Shown piece by piece: positions 46,463 to 56,938 of a stretch of DNA of 64,000 nt (position 1 is the first letter of the stretch; every line of letters begins with the position of its first letter). A program made the translations under genes and the position numbers. The stretch covers positions 864,001-928,000 of the forward strand of contig JBFWVL010000001.1 in the NCBI GenBank assembly GCA_050246755.1. The letters are read 5' to 3'. The stretch is from Bacteriovoracia bacterium (GTDB lineage: Bacteria > Bdellovibrionota > UBA1018 > CAIPTA01). Below the pieces are notes generated by a model that saw only the letters and a list, made by a program, of their open reading frames with translations, was not told where the DNA came from and made no database searches.

Positions 46463-49279
46463 ATGTCTGAACAACAACAAGAATCCCTGAAAGTCTTTGA
46501 GCTCGCTAAAGAGCTCGGACTGGATTCATTTACTTTGCTCGATAAACTGAAACAGATAAATATCGAAGTGAAGAGCCACATGAGCAGCCTGGCCGCCGAT
46601 CAAGCGCAGGCCATTCGTGATGCGCTAAATAAAAGCAATAAACCCGCCGCCAAAGCGGGCGCCGTTAAAAAGCGCGCTTCGGCGACTGCGCCCGCGGGCG
46701 CCGCTTCGGCCGCGAAAAAACCAACAGCGAAAAAAGCCGCCGCGGAAGAAGCGCCCAAGCCGGCAAAAACCGCAGTGGCGAAAAAAGCCGCTTCGGCGAA
46801 CGAAGAGCCTAAACGTAAAGTTATTAAGCGCCGCGTGGGCAGTGAAGGCACCGAGCCCGAAAGCACCTCCATTCCCGAGCAAGAAGCAACCGCTTCAATG
46901 GAACCGCAGGAAGAAGCCCCTGTGGCTGAAGCCGCGGCTCCCGAAATGGAAATGGCGGCTCCTGAAACCGCTCCAGCCGCCACTGAAATACCCGAAGCTC
47001 CAGCTGCCCCCGTGGCCACCGCCCCGGCTCCAGCTGCCCCCGAAGCTCCTCGCAAGCCCACGATGGATTTCACGCCTAGGATGAATGCTCCCGGCACGAA
47101 AGTTATTTTCCGCACTCCCAATCAGCACCAGCGCGTGGTGGAAAAAGATGAGCTTTCCGGCGAAGGCACTGCCCGCCGCCTAAAAATCATTCAGGCTGCT
47201 CCTCCGGTAGTTCCCGGAAGCCGCCCCAGTGCTCCCACCTACCGTACTCCCGGTGGCCCGGCGGCCAATCGCCCTCGTCCGCCCGGATCTGCTCCCCAGC
47301 AAACTTCTGCCGAAGGCACGGACATGTTCCGGCCCATGACTTCTTATACGGCGAAGGAAGAAGAAGGCAAAAACAAGCGCGGCGGTAATACCACCCGCGG
47401 CCCTACTCCCGAAGAAATCAGAATCTCCGATTTCCGTAAACGCGAGCTCGTGTTTCAGCCGAAACGCAAAAAGTTGCCTCCCGGCAAGCAAGTGAAGCAG
47501 ACGGAGATCACCGAAATGGCGGCTCATAAAAAGAAGATCCGCATGGAAGACAGAATCATCGTTTCCGAGCTCGCTCAGCGTATGGGCGAAAAAGGTAACG
47601 ATGTAATGAAGAAGCTCGTGCAGCTCGGCGTGATGGCCGGGCTAAATCAAGCAATCGATTTCGATACCGCCACCTTGATCGCTCAAGAATTTGGCTGGGA
47701 AGTAGAAAACGTTGCCTTCAACGAAGCCGAAATCCTTAAAGCGGAAGAGTCTTCAGACCGGTTTGTTCTGCGTCCGCCGATCATTACCGTGATGGGACAC
47801 GTGGATCACGGGAAGACCTCTCTCCTCGATGCTATCCGCAAAGCCGACGTAGCCGCCGGTGAAGCCGGTGGAATTACCCAACATATCGGCGCCTATTCCG
47901 TGATGATCAACGGCAAGCCGATCACCTTCCTCGATACCCCCGGCCACGAAGCCTTCGCGAACATGCGTTCGCGCGGCGCCACGGTGACCGACATCGTAGT
48001 GCTGGTGGTAGCGGCCGACGATTCGATCATGCCGCAAACCAAGGAAGCGATTCAGCACGCGATCAACGCAAAAGTTCCGATCATCGTGGCCGCCAATAAA
48101 ATGGATAAGCCAGATGCGAATGTGGAACGTCTGAAAAAAGATCTCTCGGCCAATAACGTGCTGGTGGAAGAATGGGGCGGGGAAGTTCCCCTCGTTCCAA
48201 TTTCGGCGCTGAAGAAAACCGGGATCGAAGATTTGCTCGCCACCATTCAGATTCAGGCTGAGGTTCTCGATCTTAAGGCCGATCCGGAGCGTGCCGCCGA
48301 GGGAATTATCCTCGAAGCCCGCATGGAAAAAGGCCGCGGAATCGTGGCCGACCTTCTCGTGAAAAAAGGCACCCTTCGCAACGGCGACTTCATGGTAGTC
48401 GGTACCGCCTACGGGCGCATTCGCGCCATGATGAACGACCGTGGCCAGAACATCACCGAAGTTGCCCCAGGATTTCCTGCGGAAATTTACGGCTTGAACG
48501 ACATCCCCTCCGCCGGCGATTCTTTTAACGTGGTGAAAGACGAGTCTGCCGCAAAAGAAATTTCTGAAGATCGCCGCAAAAAAGCGCTTGAGAAAAAGAC
48601 GGCCGCAACCGTGGCCAAACCTCTCACGATGGAAGAGCTCCTCGCAAAGATGCCGGTCAAAGGCATGAAGGAGCTTAACGTGCTCGTGAAAGCCGATGTG
48701 TACGGATCTGCCGAAGCCATTCGCGAATCGATCGAGAAGATCAAGAGCGACAAAGTAAAAGCGAAGGTAATCCAATGCGGAGTGGGCGTGATCAATGAAA
48801 ACGACGTGAATATGGCGAAAACCGCCAACGCGCTGATCATTGGCTTCAACTCCAAGCCCGACGGTAAGGCGCGGGACGTGGCCAAGCGTGAAAAAGTGGA
48901 AGTGCACCACTATTCGATCATCTACCAGCTGCTCGACCAAGTTCGCGAATCGATGGAAAATCTGCTTGAGCCTATCCGCCGCGAGACCCAGATCGGTAAG
49001 GCGGAGGTGAAGCAAGTGTTCACTGTTTCCAAACTTGGCACCGTAGCCGGATCCGTAGTGGTAGACGGCAAAGTGGTCCGCAACTCTTTCGCCCGCGTGA
49101 TGCGCGGAAAAGATATCGTGGCCGAAGGCAAAGTCGTTTCTCTGCGCCGGTTCAAAGACGACGCTTCGGAAACCATCAAGGGCCAGGAGTGCGGTATTGG
49201 CGTGGAGAACTTCGAGAAGTTCCTTCCTAACGACATAATCAATGTCTACAACGTGGAGCTCGTGAAGCAGACGCTCTAG
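46463..49279 (+). CDS. infB: translation initiation factor IF-2
   Basis: [21 protein letters not shown]. Confidence 0.98.
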   Translation: MSEQQQESLKVFELAKELGLDSFTLLDKLKQINIEVKSHMSSLAADQAQAIRDALNKSNKPAAKAGAVKKRASATAPAGAASAAKKPTAKKAAAEEAPKPAKTAVAKKAASANEEPKRKVIKRRVGSEGTEPESTSIPEQEATASMEPQEEAPVAEAAAPEMEMAAPETAPAATEIPEAPAAPVATAPAPAAPEAPRKPTMDFTPRMNAPGTKVIFRTPNQHQRVVEKDELSGEGTARRLKIIQAAPPVVPGSRPSAPTYRTPGGPAANRPRPPGSAPQQTSAEGTDMFRPMTSYTAKEEEGKNKRGGNTTRGPTPEEIRISDFRKRELVFQPKRKKLPPGKQVKQTEITEMAAHKKKIRMEDRIIVSELAQRMGEKGNDVMKKLVQLGVMAGLNQAIDFDTATLIAQEFGWEVENVAFNEAEILKAEESSDRFVLRPPIITVMGHVDHGKTSLLDAIRKADVAAGEAGGITQHIGAYSVMINGKPITFLDTPGHEAFANMRSRGATVTDIVVLVVAADDSIMPQTKEAIQHAINAKVPIIVAANKMDKPDANVERLKKDLSANNVLVEEWGGEVPLVPISALKKTGIEDLLATIQIQAEVLDLKADPERAAEGIILEARMEKGRGIVADLLVKKGTLRNGDFMVVGTAYGRIRAMMNDRGQNITEVAPGFPAEIYGLNDIPSAGDSFNVVKDESAAKEISEDRRKKALEKKTAATVAKPLTMEELLAKMPVKGMKELNVLVKADVYGSAEAIRESIEKIKSDKVKAKVIQCGVGVINENDVNMAKTANALIIGFNSKPDGKARDVAKREKVEVHHYSIIYQLLDQVRESMENLLEPIRRETQIGKAEVKQVFTVSKLGTVAGSVVVDGKVVRNSFARVMRGKDIVAEGKVVSLRRFKDDASETIKGQECGIGVENFEKFLPNDIINVYNVELVKQTL

Positions 49280-49310
49280 TAACGAGCGGCAACCTTGTAC
49301 GTGATTTCCC

Positions 49311-49784
49311 ATGCCGGATCCGAATCGCCGAAATAAGCAGGTAGCTAACGCCATCCGTGAGGAGCTCGTTAAAATCGCCCGCCAGGATATCAGTGATCCC
49401 CGCCTAGAACGCGTGGGCATGATCACTTTTTCCGGCGTGGAACTTACGCCCGATCTGCGCAATGCCACGGTTTGGGTTTCTTTCATGGGGCGCGAACAAA
49501 AAGATCCCGACGTAAAAGCCGCCCTCGCCGCCCTCGAAAGCGCCAACGGCTTCATCCACCGCCTGCTGATCAAGCGTATTCCGATGAAGATGCATCCTCA
49601 TCTACATTTCAAATTCGATAAGATCTTTGATCGCGCGGCCACCGTAAATGAAGCGCTGTCGGAAGCCGCTGGGCTGGAAAAAGAAACCTCCGCCTACCGA
49701 AAAGAAAAGGGCGATCCTGCCGAAGGCATTCAGCCCGTTTATCGCAAGAAAAAGGGCGCGCCCGAAGAGAAAGACGGCGAATGA
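49311..49784 (+). CDS. rbfA: ribosome-binding factor A
   Basis: DPRL, V.LTPDLR.A.V, P.L.F..D. Confidence 0.95.
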   Translation: MPDPNRRNKQVANAIREELVKIARQDISDPRLERVGMITFSGVELTPDLRNATVWVSFMGREQKDPDVKAALAALESANGFIHRLLIKRIPMKMHPHLHFKFDKIFDRAATVNEALSEAAGLEKETSAYRKEKGDPAEGIQPVYRKKKGAPEEKDGE

Positions 49785-50707
49785 GCCTCTCCCTTCGTTC
49801 CGGCGTGCTCCTCGTGGATAAACCCGCGGGCATGAGCTCCGCCGACGTGACTAATCAGATCAAGAGAAAGCATAAATTTGCCCGCATCGGCCATGGCGGC
49901 ACCCTTGATCCCTTTGCCACCGGGCTCCTAGTAGTTTTACTCGGCGAAGCAACGAAAGTGGCGCGCTTTCTTCTCGAAGGCGAAAAGGAATACGAGGCAG
50001 AAGCTCAGATCGGCAGCGAAACGGCCACCGGCGATCCCGAAGGTGAAGTAATTGCCACCGCGGAAGTTCCGAGTCTTGATCAGGCCGCATGGCAAACCCT
50101 CACCGAACCATTCTTGGGCCGCATTACCCAAACCCCGCCGATTTATTCCGCCATCAAAGTAAAGGGAAAGCCGCTCTACGAGTATGCCCGCAAGGGCGAA
50201 GCCGTGGAAGCCAAGCCACGGGAAGTATTCGTGCGGGAAATTGAAATCCAAGAGGCCGAAAAAAATAGGCTCCGGTTTCGCGTACAGTGCGGAGGCGGAA
50301 CCTATATTCGCGTGCTCGCCGTAGACTTGGCGCGGGCCGCTGGTACCTGCGCCCATCTCATCTCGCTTCGCCGTATTGGCTCCTCCTCTTTCCGTGTAAG
50401 CGATGCCCTCTCTCTTCAGCAGGTTCTCGATACCGCTACGGACGAGCTCAAGCTTCAGGGAATCACCCAGGCCGTTTCGCATTTACCAAAAATCGTCTGC
50501 GATAGCGGCGCAGCTCAAAGAATTCGCCAAGGAAACCTCGCGGCCTTTGATTTCCTCAAGAATCAGCTCGAAAAGCCCGGTTATTTCCTTGTGGCCACGC
50601 GCGAAGGCGAAACCGAAGTGCCCGTGGCGATTGCCAATCACAACCCCATGCTGATTCCCTTCTGTTCGATCGAAAGAGTTTTTGACCCGCTTCACTGGCG
50701 GACGTAA
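49781..50707 (+). CDS. truB: tRNA pseudouridine(55) synthase
   Basis: GHGGTLDPFATG, PPIYSAIK, GTYIR. Confidence 0.97.
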   Translation: MSLSLRSGVLLVDKPAGMSSADVTNQIKRKHKFARIGHGGTLDPFATGLLVVLLGEATKVARFLLEGEKEYEAEAQIGSETATGDPEGEVIATAEVPSLDQAAWQTLTEPFLGRITQTPPIYSAIKVKGKPLYEYARKGEAVEAKPREVFVREIEIQEAEKNRLRFRVQCGGGTYIRVLAVDLARAAGTCAHLISLRRIGSSSFRVSDALSLQQVLDTATDELKLQGITQAVSHLPKIVCDSGAAQRIRQGNLAAFDFLKNQLEKPGYFLVATREGETEVPVAIANHNPMLIPFCSIERVFDPLHWRT

Positions 50708-50719
50708 AATTCACAGAAC

Positions 50720-52939
50720 ATGCTAAGCCGACGCCTACGCGGAGAGCGTGGACAGACCTCCCTGTTCATGGCGCTCTTCATCTCCACGATGATCCTGCTA
50801 TTCGCTTTTACGACGAATATCGGGATGCTTGTGCACGCGAAGATCAATTTACAAAATGCCGCCGACGCCGCCGCCTACGCAGGTGCCGCCGTACAGGCCC
50901 GACAGCTCACCGCCGTGGGCTACCTGAACTACGAGATGCGCCGAGCCCTGAAAGAATTTCTTTTTTACTATACGGTGCGCGGGCAGAACGCGGCCCTGCC
51001 CTGCTACCCCATGAATTCCGGCGGAGCGCTCAATCCCTTTGCCGGCTGCCCGCCTGTATCGGGTGATGCGCGCTATAACTTTCAAATCTTCGATCGTCGG
51101 GAAACCATCAACGAAACCGAAGGTGATTTTTTGCCCACGGTCTGCGTGATCTTCGATAAGGACAATAACTACTGCCAGAAAAAAGGCGTAGCGGGGATTC
51201 CGGAGTTTCCGAGCGGTGGCGGCTGGGGGGTGGCCGATCCGATCGTAGCCGCCGTTCGTGGCGCCACGAACCAGATTATCGATAAAAAGCTGGCCGACTG
51301 TTTCTCCCGTACGGATATTAACCGCCAATTTCTCATCGCTTGGCTTTTCAATCTCTATCCGATCCAAGATAGCCTATCCATGCTTCGCACTGGCCAAGAT
51401 GCCGACGACCCCTTCCCTTTCAGCAACGGCCTCGAGCGTATCGGAATTCTTCCCCGCATGGCCATCTTGCGCGCCCGCATCGATAACTACGAAGAAGTGC
51501 TCAACCTGAATCTCGAAGCGGAAGGATCCAGCCTCACGATCACCGAAGATTCGATCAATACGTTCCGCGGCCTCGTGAGTGAAAATAAAAAACTCGATTA
51601 CTTCGAGCGGCCGCTCCAATCCTTCCTTAGCGCCAAAAATAATTTGGTCGGCTTGGGCGACAATGGAATATTTTCCAATATCGAGCTCACGGAACTCTTG
51701 CCCACGAGCGCCGGCAGCGTTGCAGTGAATCCGGATCTTCGCAATCCCCCCATTCTAGCGCGATTCAACGAAATCGTGGGGCCGGTGGCCGTGGCGAATT
51801 CCAAATTTGAAACCATGACCGGCACCTCCGAAGACCGCGGTAACTGCCGGCAATTTCGTGAGCTTAGAATCATCCCGCGATTCCCCTTCGGGGTCACGAA
51901 GGACCCTAACGTGATTACCTACTACGCCGTCCGCCTCCAGGCGCGCGCAAGACTGCTATTTTCCCCCTTTGGAACCGATGGCACCGTGAGCCTCTCGGCC
52001 TATTCCGCGGCCAAGCCCTTTGGCAGTCGCGTGGGTAAGGACATTGGGCTGGATCAAAATCACCTCATGCTGGCCCAAGGTCTCCTCGAAAAGGGCGATA
52101 TTTCTACCCTCGGTTTTCCCAATCCTCTCGTTTCCGCCGACGATACCGATTCCGCTTTGGGCGGGTTCACGCGCCTGTCCCACCTTGGGTATATTCGCGC
52201 CGCCATGGCCTATACGAATCGGCTAGATATTGGGGCCCGCCTAGCTGGCGCATATGCACCCTGGGAAGTCGGGTATTATACGGTTCCCGCCAACTTCGAT
52301 GCCCCCGAGAGCATCGGTCTTTTTGAAGATAACCCCGTCTACCAAGGAAAGTATTTTGCCCTTAGTGCTCCCGTGGTTCCCGTAAACCAAAATGGTGGTA
52401 GCGGTGGCCTCGAATTTTTGCGCTCGCGGGTGGCAGGCTACCTCGTGGGCGATATTACTCAGCGAGATACCCTAGAACGCGGTCCTTTCGCGGCCTTTTT
52501 AGCGGCGGTTATGTCCGATGATAAGTGGGCGGCTCTTTTTGGGTTTATGGAAAGCCAGAATCAGATGCGTCACCATTTTATTCCCGACCCTCTCCTGAAC
52601 GACGAACCCGAGCTGCTCTCTTACGTAAAAGGCATTGGACCTCGTTTCACCGTGGCCGGAATGTCGCAGCCCCAGCGACGGCAGCTAACCTCCTGGAATA
52701 ACCAAAAAACCGCCCTAGACGCCGACCTCGGTATCGCGGCCAATTCCGAGCTCGGACTGGATATAGGGCGTAGCGGTTATTCCGTACGTTTCGTGTCCTT
52801 TAAAACCCTCCAGGCGGGCGGAAGAGCCACTAATGATCCAAGCCAAATTGGACTCCAGTGGTCCAATCCCTTTAATCGTTTTGGCGCCGGCGATTCGGCC
52901 GCACGTATCCAAGATGACCTTCGCAAAATAAAACACTAG
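50720..52939 (+). CDS. TadG-like (Tad domain) pilus-associated protein
   Basis: RGQ prepilin-like site + TM + LQNAADAAAYAGA; long Cys-containing C-terminal region. Confidence 0.8.
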   Translation: MLSRRLRGERGQTSLFMALFISTMILLFAFTTNIGMLVHAKINLQNAADAAAYAGAAVQARQLTAVGYLNYEMRRALKEFLFYYTVRGQNAALPCYPMNSGGALNPFAGCPPVSGDARYNFQIFDRRETINETEGDFLPTVCVIFDKDNNYCQKKGVAGIPEFPSGGGWGVADPIVAAVRGATNQIIDKKLADCFSRTDINRQFLIAWLFNLYPIQDSLSMLRTGQDADDPFPFSNGLERIGILPRMAILRARIDNYEEVLNLNLEAEGSSLTITEDSINTFRGLVSENKKLDYFERPLQSFLSAKNNLVGLGDNGIFSNIELTELLPTSAGSVAVNPDLRNPPILARFNEIVGPVAVANSKFETMTGTSEDRGNCRQFRELRIIPRFPFGVTKDPNVITYYAVRLQARARLLFSPFGTDGTVSLSAYSAAKPFGSRVGKDIGLDQNHLMLAQGLLEKGDISTLGFPNPLVSADDTDSALGGFTRLSHLGYIRAAMAYTNRLDIGARLAGAYAPWEVGYYTVPANFDAPESIGLFEDNPVYQGKYFALSAPVVPVNQNGGSGGLEFLRSRVAGYLVGDITQRDTLERGPFAAFLAAVMSDDKWAALFGFMESQNQMRHHFIPDPLLNDEPELLSYVKGIGPRFTVAGMSQPQRRQLTSWNNQKTALDADLGIAANSELGLDIGRSGYSVRFVSFKTLQAGGRATNDPSQIGLQWSNPFNRFGAGDSAARIQDDLRKIKH

Positions 52940-53026
52940 TAGTTGTCAAATCGTTTCCGTCATGGGAAGACTGAGTGGGCTCATTCCCGAGTGTTCAACT
53001 TTTTATCAAACGTTTTAGGAGCAGTT

Positions 53027-53443
53027 ATGGCCAAGAAAAAGACCAAAAAAACCGCGAAGAAACCGGCTAAAAAAGCCGCGAAAAAAACCGCGAAGAAAGC
53101 CACCAAAAAAGCGGCTACCAAAAAAACCGCAAAAAAAGCGGCCCCAAAAAAGACGGCTAAAAAAGCGGCAGCTCCCAAAAAGACTGCGAAAAAAGCAGCG
53201 CCGAAAAAAGACACGATGAAGAAGGCCGCCGTTGGCGCAGCCGCGGCTGGCGTTGCCGGCGCTTCCCTTTTCAAGGCAGAAGAATTTCAAGAGAAAAACC
53301 GCAGTGGCTTCGGCGTAGCCGCCGAAGGCGAAGAAGCGGAAGAAGGCACGGAGAGCTGGGAAGAGTTCAACGAAGAAGAAGCCGACGATGAAGAAGAAGA
53401 AGGCGATGACCCTTGGTCTCCTTCTAAATTCGACGAGGAATAG
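53027..53443 (+). CDS. histone H1-like Lys/Ala-rich protein with acidic C-terminal tail
   Basis: ATG 53027 with AGGAG SD; KKTAK/KKAAK/KKAAP repeats, then E/D-rich tail. Confidence 0.8.
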   Translation: MAKKKTKKTAKKPAKKAAKKTAKKATKKAATKKTAKKAAPKKTAKKAAAPKKTAKKAAPKKDTMKKAAVGAAAAGVAGASLFKAEEFQEKNRSGFGVAAEGEEAEEGTESWEEFNEEEADDEEEEGDDPWSPSKFDEE

Positions 53444-53449
53444 GATTTT

Positions 53450-53728
53450 ATGGCAAACGTAAAACAAGCAGAGAAACGTAACCGTCAGAACATTAAGCGC
53501 CGTGAGCGTAACCGCTCTAACCGCTCGATCGTGAAGACCGCCACCGCTAAAGCAGTGGATGCAATTCGCAGCGACGCAAAATCAGCTGCCAAAGTTTTGA
53601 TCGAATCGTCTTCGATCATCGCCAAGGCTGCTCACAAAGGAGCGCTTCCTAAGGGCCGCGCCTCCCGCAAAATTTCGCGTCTCGCAAAAGCCCTCAATAA
53701 AGCTACCGCTAGTTCCAAGAGCGCATAA
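53450..53728 (+). CDS. rpsT: 30S ribosomal protein S20
   Basis: MANVKQAEKRNRQ...ASRKISRL. Confidence 0.96.
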   Translation: MANVKQAEKRNRQNIKRRERNRSNRSIVKTATAKAVDAIRSDAKSAAKVLIESSSIIAKAAHKGALPKGRASRKISRLAKALNKATASSKSA

Positions 53729-53756
53729 GTTAAGTTCAGAACACATCTAAAACGGG

Positions 53757-53792
53757 CAAAAGCCGCTGATCGTTCAGCGGCTTTTGTTTTTT
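53757..53792. terminator. bidirectional terminator between rpsT and holA
   Basis: CAAAAGCCGCTGA-TCGT-TCAGCGGCTTTTG-TTTTTT. Confidence 0.9.
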
Positions 53793-53806
53793 GCGCGAAG
53801 AAAATA

Positions 53807-54814
53807 TCAGGCAGTTAACTGCAGAACCAGCCGGGTTACAATATGGCTGTTAGGCAGCCTGGAACTCTTTAAGAGCGCATCTGCTTCGGCTAGCCGTGCT
53901 AGCCCCTGGATCACGCCTTTTCCGCCCAAGCGGCGGGAAGCGGGCAGCAATACTTTAGCGGCACCAGGAAAAATCCCCCACTCCGAGGTAATACTCGTAT
54001 CGCTTTTACCTTCTGCCCTGGAGGCAAGGATCCCCAGCAGCCAGCGATATTGCCGGGCCAGCAGCCCTACCAGGGCAATCGGCTCTTCCCCTTGCCGCAG
54101 CAAGCTCTCCAATAAAGCGAGCGCCGCTCCCCGGTCGCCAGAAAGCACTCCGCCACTAAAACCAAAAACATCTTCGGGAGAAACCTTGAAGCCAACGGCG
54201 GCGATATGCTCTTTCTTAATTTCCAGATGCTCTCCAGCATACAGCGCCGCGCGATCGAGGGCGTGCTTCAGCTCGGATAGCGATCCTCCGCTATTCCAGT
54301 CCACTAGCAATTGCCGCGCATCGGGTGCGAGCTCTTTGCCACAGTCCCGAAGAAAGGATTGCAGCCACAAATTCCATTCTCCCCCTACGGCCGGCTCCAG
54401 CTTTACCTGCACCACCGCCTCGCCGGCCTTGGCCACTGCCTGGAAAAACTTTACGCGCCCGTCTACTTTGCTGGCCTGAATGAGCAGCGTGCAACGCTCG
54501 GGCGGATCCTGAATCAGGGGCAGAAGAATCTCCCATTGTTTCGCGGAAACTCTTTCTCCGTGACGGATCAGAATCATTTTTTGCGGGTCCCAGAGCGATA
54601 GCGTGCGAGCATCGTCGAGCAATCGCTCCGGCTCAAGCTCATCTCCGTAGAGAATGTCCTTTACGGGATTAGCAGACCCGGCAAAAAGGACCGCGGCGAC
54701 TTGATCGGCGTAGTGATCCTGCTTAAAAGTATCCTCGCCAACGAAGAGATAAAACCCGCGAAGCTTCTTCTTCTGTAGCTCTTCCTTAATACGGTTTTCG
54801 CTAAGAACGGCCAT
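53807..54814 (-). CDS. holA: DNA polymerase III delta subunit
   Basis: YLFVGED, SLW, GEEPIALVG.L, D..LKS; follows lptE and is convergent with rpsT. Confidence 0.9.
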   Translation of the reverse strand: MAVLSENRIKEELQKKKLRGFYLFVGEDTFKQDHYADQVAAVLFAGSANPVKDILYGDELEPERLLDDARTLSLWDPQKMILIRHGERVSAKQWEILLPLIQDPPERCTLLIQASKVDGRVKFFQAVAKAGEAVVQVKLEPAVGGEWNLWLQSFLRDCGKELAPDARQLLVDWNSGGSLSELKHALDRAALYAGEHLEIKKEHIAAVGFKVSPEDVFGFSGGVLSGDRGAALALLESLLRQGEEPIALVGLLARQYRWLLGILASRAEGKSDTSITSEWGIFPGAAKVLLPASRRLGGKGVIQGLARLAEADALLKSSRLPNSHIVTRLVLQLTA

Positions 54815-54816
54815 AA

Positions 54817-55383
54817 TTAAAAGATATCAATCATTCGTTGATAAACGCTGGCCATCATCTGCGAGGCCAAAAACTGGATGGCTAAGCGCTGCTCGCTATC
54901 GTTCAAAAGAGAATTCGTAGCACCGGCGTCTCCGATATTGGTAGCACCGGGGTAAATTTTTGCCCCAGTTTCCGAACGAGTGAAAAGCACGCGACCGAAG
55001 GTATCCGTCAATCGTACGTCGCAAGTAACCGAGGCACTGAACTGTGTTCCCACGCTCACTTGTTCATTCAGCTCGGTATTGAGCACCACGGCCTTCTGGT
55101 CGGCCAAAGAGGTGTCCGCAGCCATTACTTCTCCGCTTAAAACGGCATCGGCCTCTTTTTCGGAATTCACTAATTGAAAGGACCGGGACTTCTGGATTTC
55201 CCGGATTATGGCCGTGGTAAAAAGATTTTCCACGCCAGGGCGATACGTGCGGTTTTTGAAACTAGTTACGTAGATCTTCTCAATCCCAACTTTTTGAAGG
55301 GGGTTTTTTCGATCTTGAAAATGGTAGGCACAGCCCGAAAATAGGCCGATTGCGCACAGCAGAAAAAGCAGCTTTCCCTTCAT
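54817..55383 (-). CDS. lptE: LPS assembly lipoprotein LptE
   Basis: Lipobox SGCAYHF; F.NRT, ADAVLSGEV; upstream of holA. Confidence 0.85.
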   Translation of the reverse strand: MKGKLLFLLCAIGLFSGCAYHFQDRKNPLQKVGIEKIYVTSFKNRTYRPGVENLFTTAIIREIQKSRSFQLVNSEKEADAVLSGEVMAADTSLADQKAVVLNTELNEQVSVGTQFSASVTCDVRLTDTFGRVLFTRSETGAKIYPGATNIGDAGATNSLLNDSEQRLAIQFLASQMMASVYQRMIDIF

Positions 55384-55421
55384 GCCTTGTATGTAACATA
55401 GAACCACTGCTACAAGAACGC

Positions 55422-55739
55422 ATGGACAAACGCTCCAAGAAAAAAAGCGGTCCACTCCGGATCGGAGAGGTTCTCCAAGACTTTCTGAAAACCTCCATGC
55501 CTAAAGCCGTGGGCGAGGAAGTGCGCGTATTTGGGGCCTGGCCCAAAGCCGTAGGCCAAGATATTTCCAAGCAGGCCAAACCGGTGGGTTTCCGGAATGG
55601 AATCCTATTTGTAGAAACCCAGCATCCCATTTGGACCACCGAACTCACGGCGAAGCGCCATCAGATACAAAAAAAACTAAACGAAGCACTGGGCCAAGAG
55701 ATGGTGCGCGATATTCATTTTCGCCAGGCGCGGTTTTAG
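55422..55739 (+). CDS. dciA: DciA (DUF721) helicase loader
   Basis: W...VG..I.....P.....G.L.V.....W..EL pattern. Confidence 0.8.
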   Translation: MDKRSKKKSGPLRIGEVLQDFLKTSMPKAVGEEVRVFGAWPKAVGQDISKQAKPVGFRNGILFVETQHPIWTTELTAKRHQIQKKLNEALGQEMVRDIHFRQARF

Positions 55740-56929
55740 CCGGAGCTAACCCAAGGCCGGCAAAGAAGGCCCAAGGTAGGCTTGGGCACGAAACGCGTGG
55801 ATTTTCGCGGCATACGCGAGCGCCCGAGAGCGATCGCCCGCACTTGAGCGGGAGTGGAGGCGGGCAGAAAAAAACCAACCTGGGCCTGATCCAGCGCAAG
55901 CTGCTCGAGTAGCAGGGCCAGGCCCGAGACCGGAATGGCCGTTATTTGAGCGTGTTGATTTAACACTGCAAAATCCAGGCAGGCTACTGGTAGCATTTGC
56001 AATTCAGGCACTTCTTTTTGTGCCCGTGGCAAATGAACCAGCCTTGGCTTTTCGTGGTGCGAATGCAATACCACGCAGTGAGGTTCGCTGGACTGATACG
56101 AAGCCAAAAATTCTGCAATATTGCCCACGCGCAATTCTTCCGGCTCACTTATCCGGCAACCCGAACGCTCCAAATCAGCCAGCAAAACCTCAGGCAACAT
56201 CCAGCGTTCGTAGTGAACGGCACGATGAATTGGCAAAATGAGAGTATCGGAACGGGCCATAGAGCAAATACAGGCAAGAATTTTCCCATCACCAAGGCCC
56301 ACCCGAGCATTTTCTTTGGCGGCAGCAAGGCGATGATGGCCATCTAGAAGAAAAAGCGGGGCGCCAGAAAATAACGCCTGAATTTTTTTCGTGAATGCGG
56401 GATCAGTAAGATCCCATACCGAGTGGTGTCCGTATTTTTCGCTGGAAAAAGAAAGCATCGCCTTGCGGCCCTGGCACGCGCCCTCCAAAATGGCGTGAAG
56501 CTCTCCGCCGATGCTCTCTTCGCATCCCACAAAAATTGGGGCCATATCCGCTTCACAGGCTTCCGTTCCTTGGCGCGCGCGTTCTACCCCTTCCGTCAAT
56601 ACGTCCTCATGCACGAATAGCTGTGGCTCGTGCACGTCCAGAGCCACATACACCGCCCACCGATCGACGGCTTGCCCATCTACTTCTTGGCGTTGGTGAA
56701 GGGCATAAAAAGAAGGATCGTCCGACAATTCAATATCGCCACCCGAAATCCAGGCCTGCCAGGCTTCGCCGCGCTGCTCGGGAAATCCCACCAGCACGTT
56801 GCGAAAAGCACGAGAATAATCAGGCCCGCCCCATAGATGCTCGGCAGTGTCCAGATCGGAAACGGTTAGATCAGCCAAGCGCGGGCGATGCTTTGCGGAA
56901 TAGTACGCGGCTTGAAAAGGATGCAGCAT
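55736..56929 (-). CDS. DUF1015 family protein
   Basis: PF.A start, HE, LDGHHR, ILPIHR, MPRKSTRF.PK..G. Confidence 0.85.
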   Translation of the reverse strand: MLHPFQAAYYSAKHRPRLADLTVSDLDTAEHLWGGPDYSRAFRNVLVGFPEQRGEAWQAWISGGDIELSDDPSFYALHQRQEVDGQAVDRWAVYVALDVHEPQLFVHEDVLTEGVERARQGTEACEADMAPIFVGCEESIGGELHAILEGACQGRKAMLSFSSEKYGHHSVWDLTDPAFTKKIQALFSGAPLFLLDGHHRLAAAKENARVGLGDGKILACICSMARSDTLILPIHRAVHYERWMLPEVLLADLERSGCRISEPEELRVGNIAEFLASYQSSEPHCVVLHSHHEKPRLVHLPRAQKEVPELQMLPVACLDFAVLNQHAQITAIPVSGLALLLEQLALDQAQVGFFLPASTPAQVRAIALGRSRMPRKSTRFVPKPTLGLLCRPWVSSG

Positions 56930-56938
56930 GCGCGGGCC

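Noticed and set aside
47753-49573. 606-aa minus-strand ORF; similar long antisense ORFs at 38263-39615, 45100-45981, 32477-33541 and 62042-62902
   Set aside because: Shadow frames antisense to well-supported genes (infB, thrS, nusA, the Aas-like gene, nadB); no motifs.
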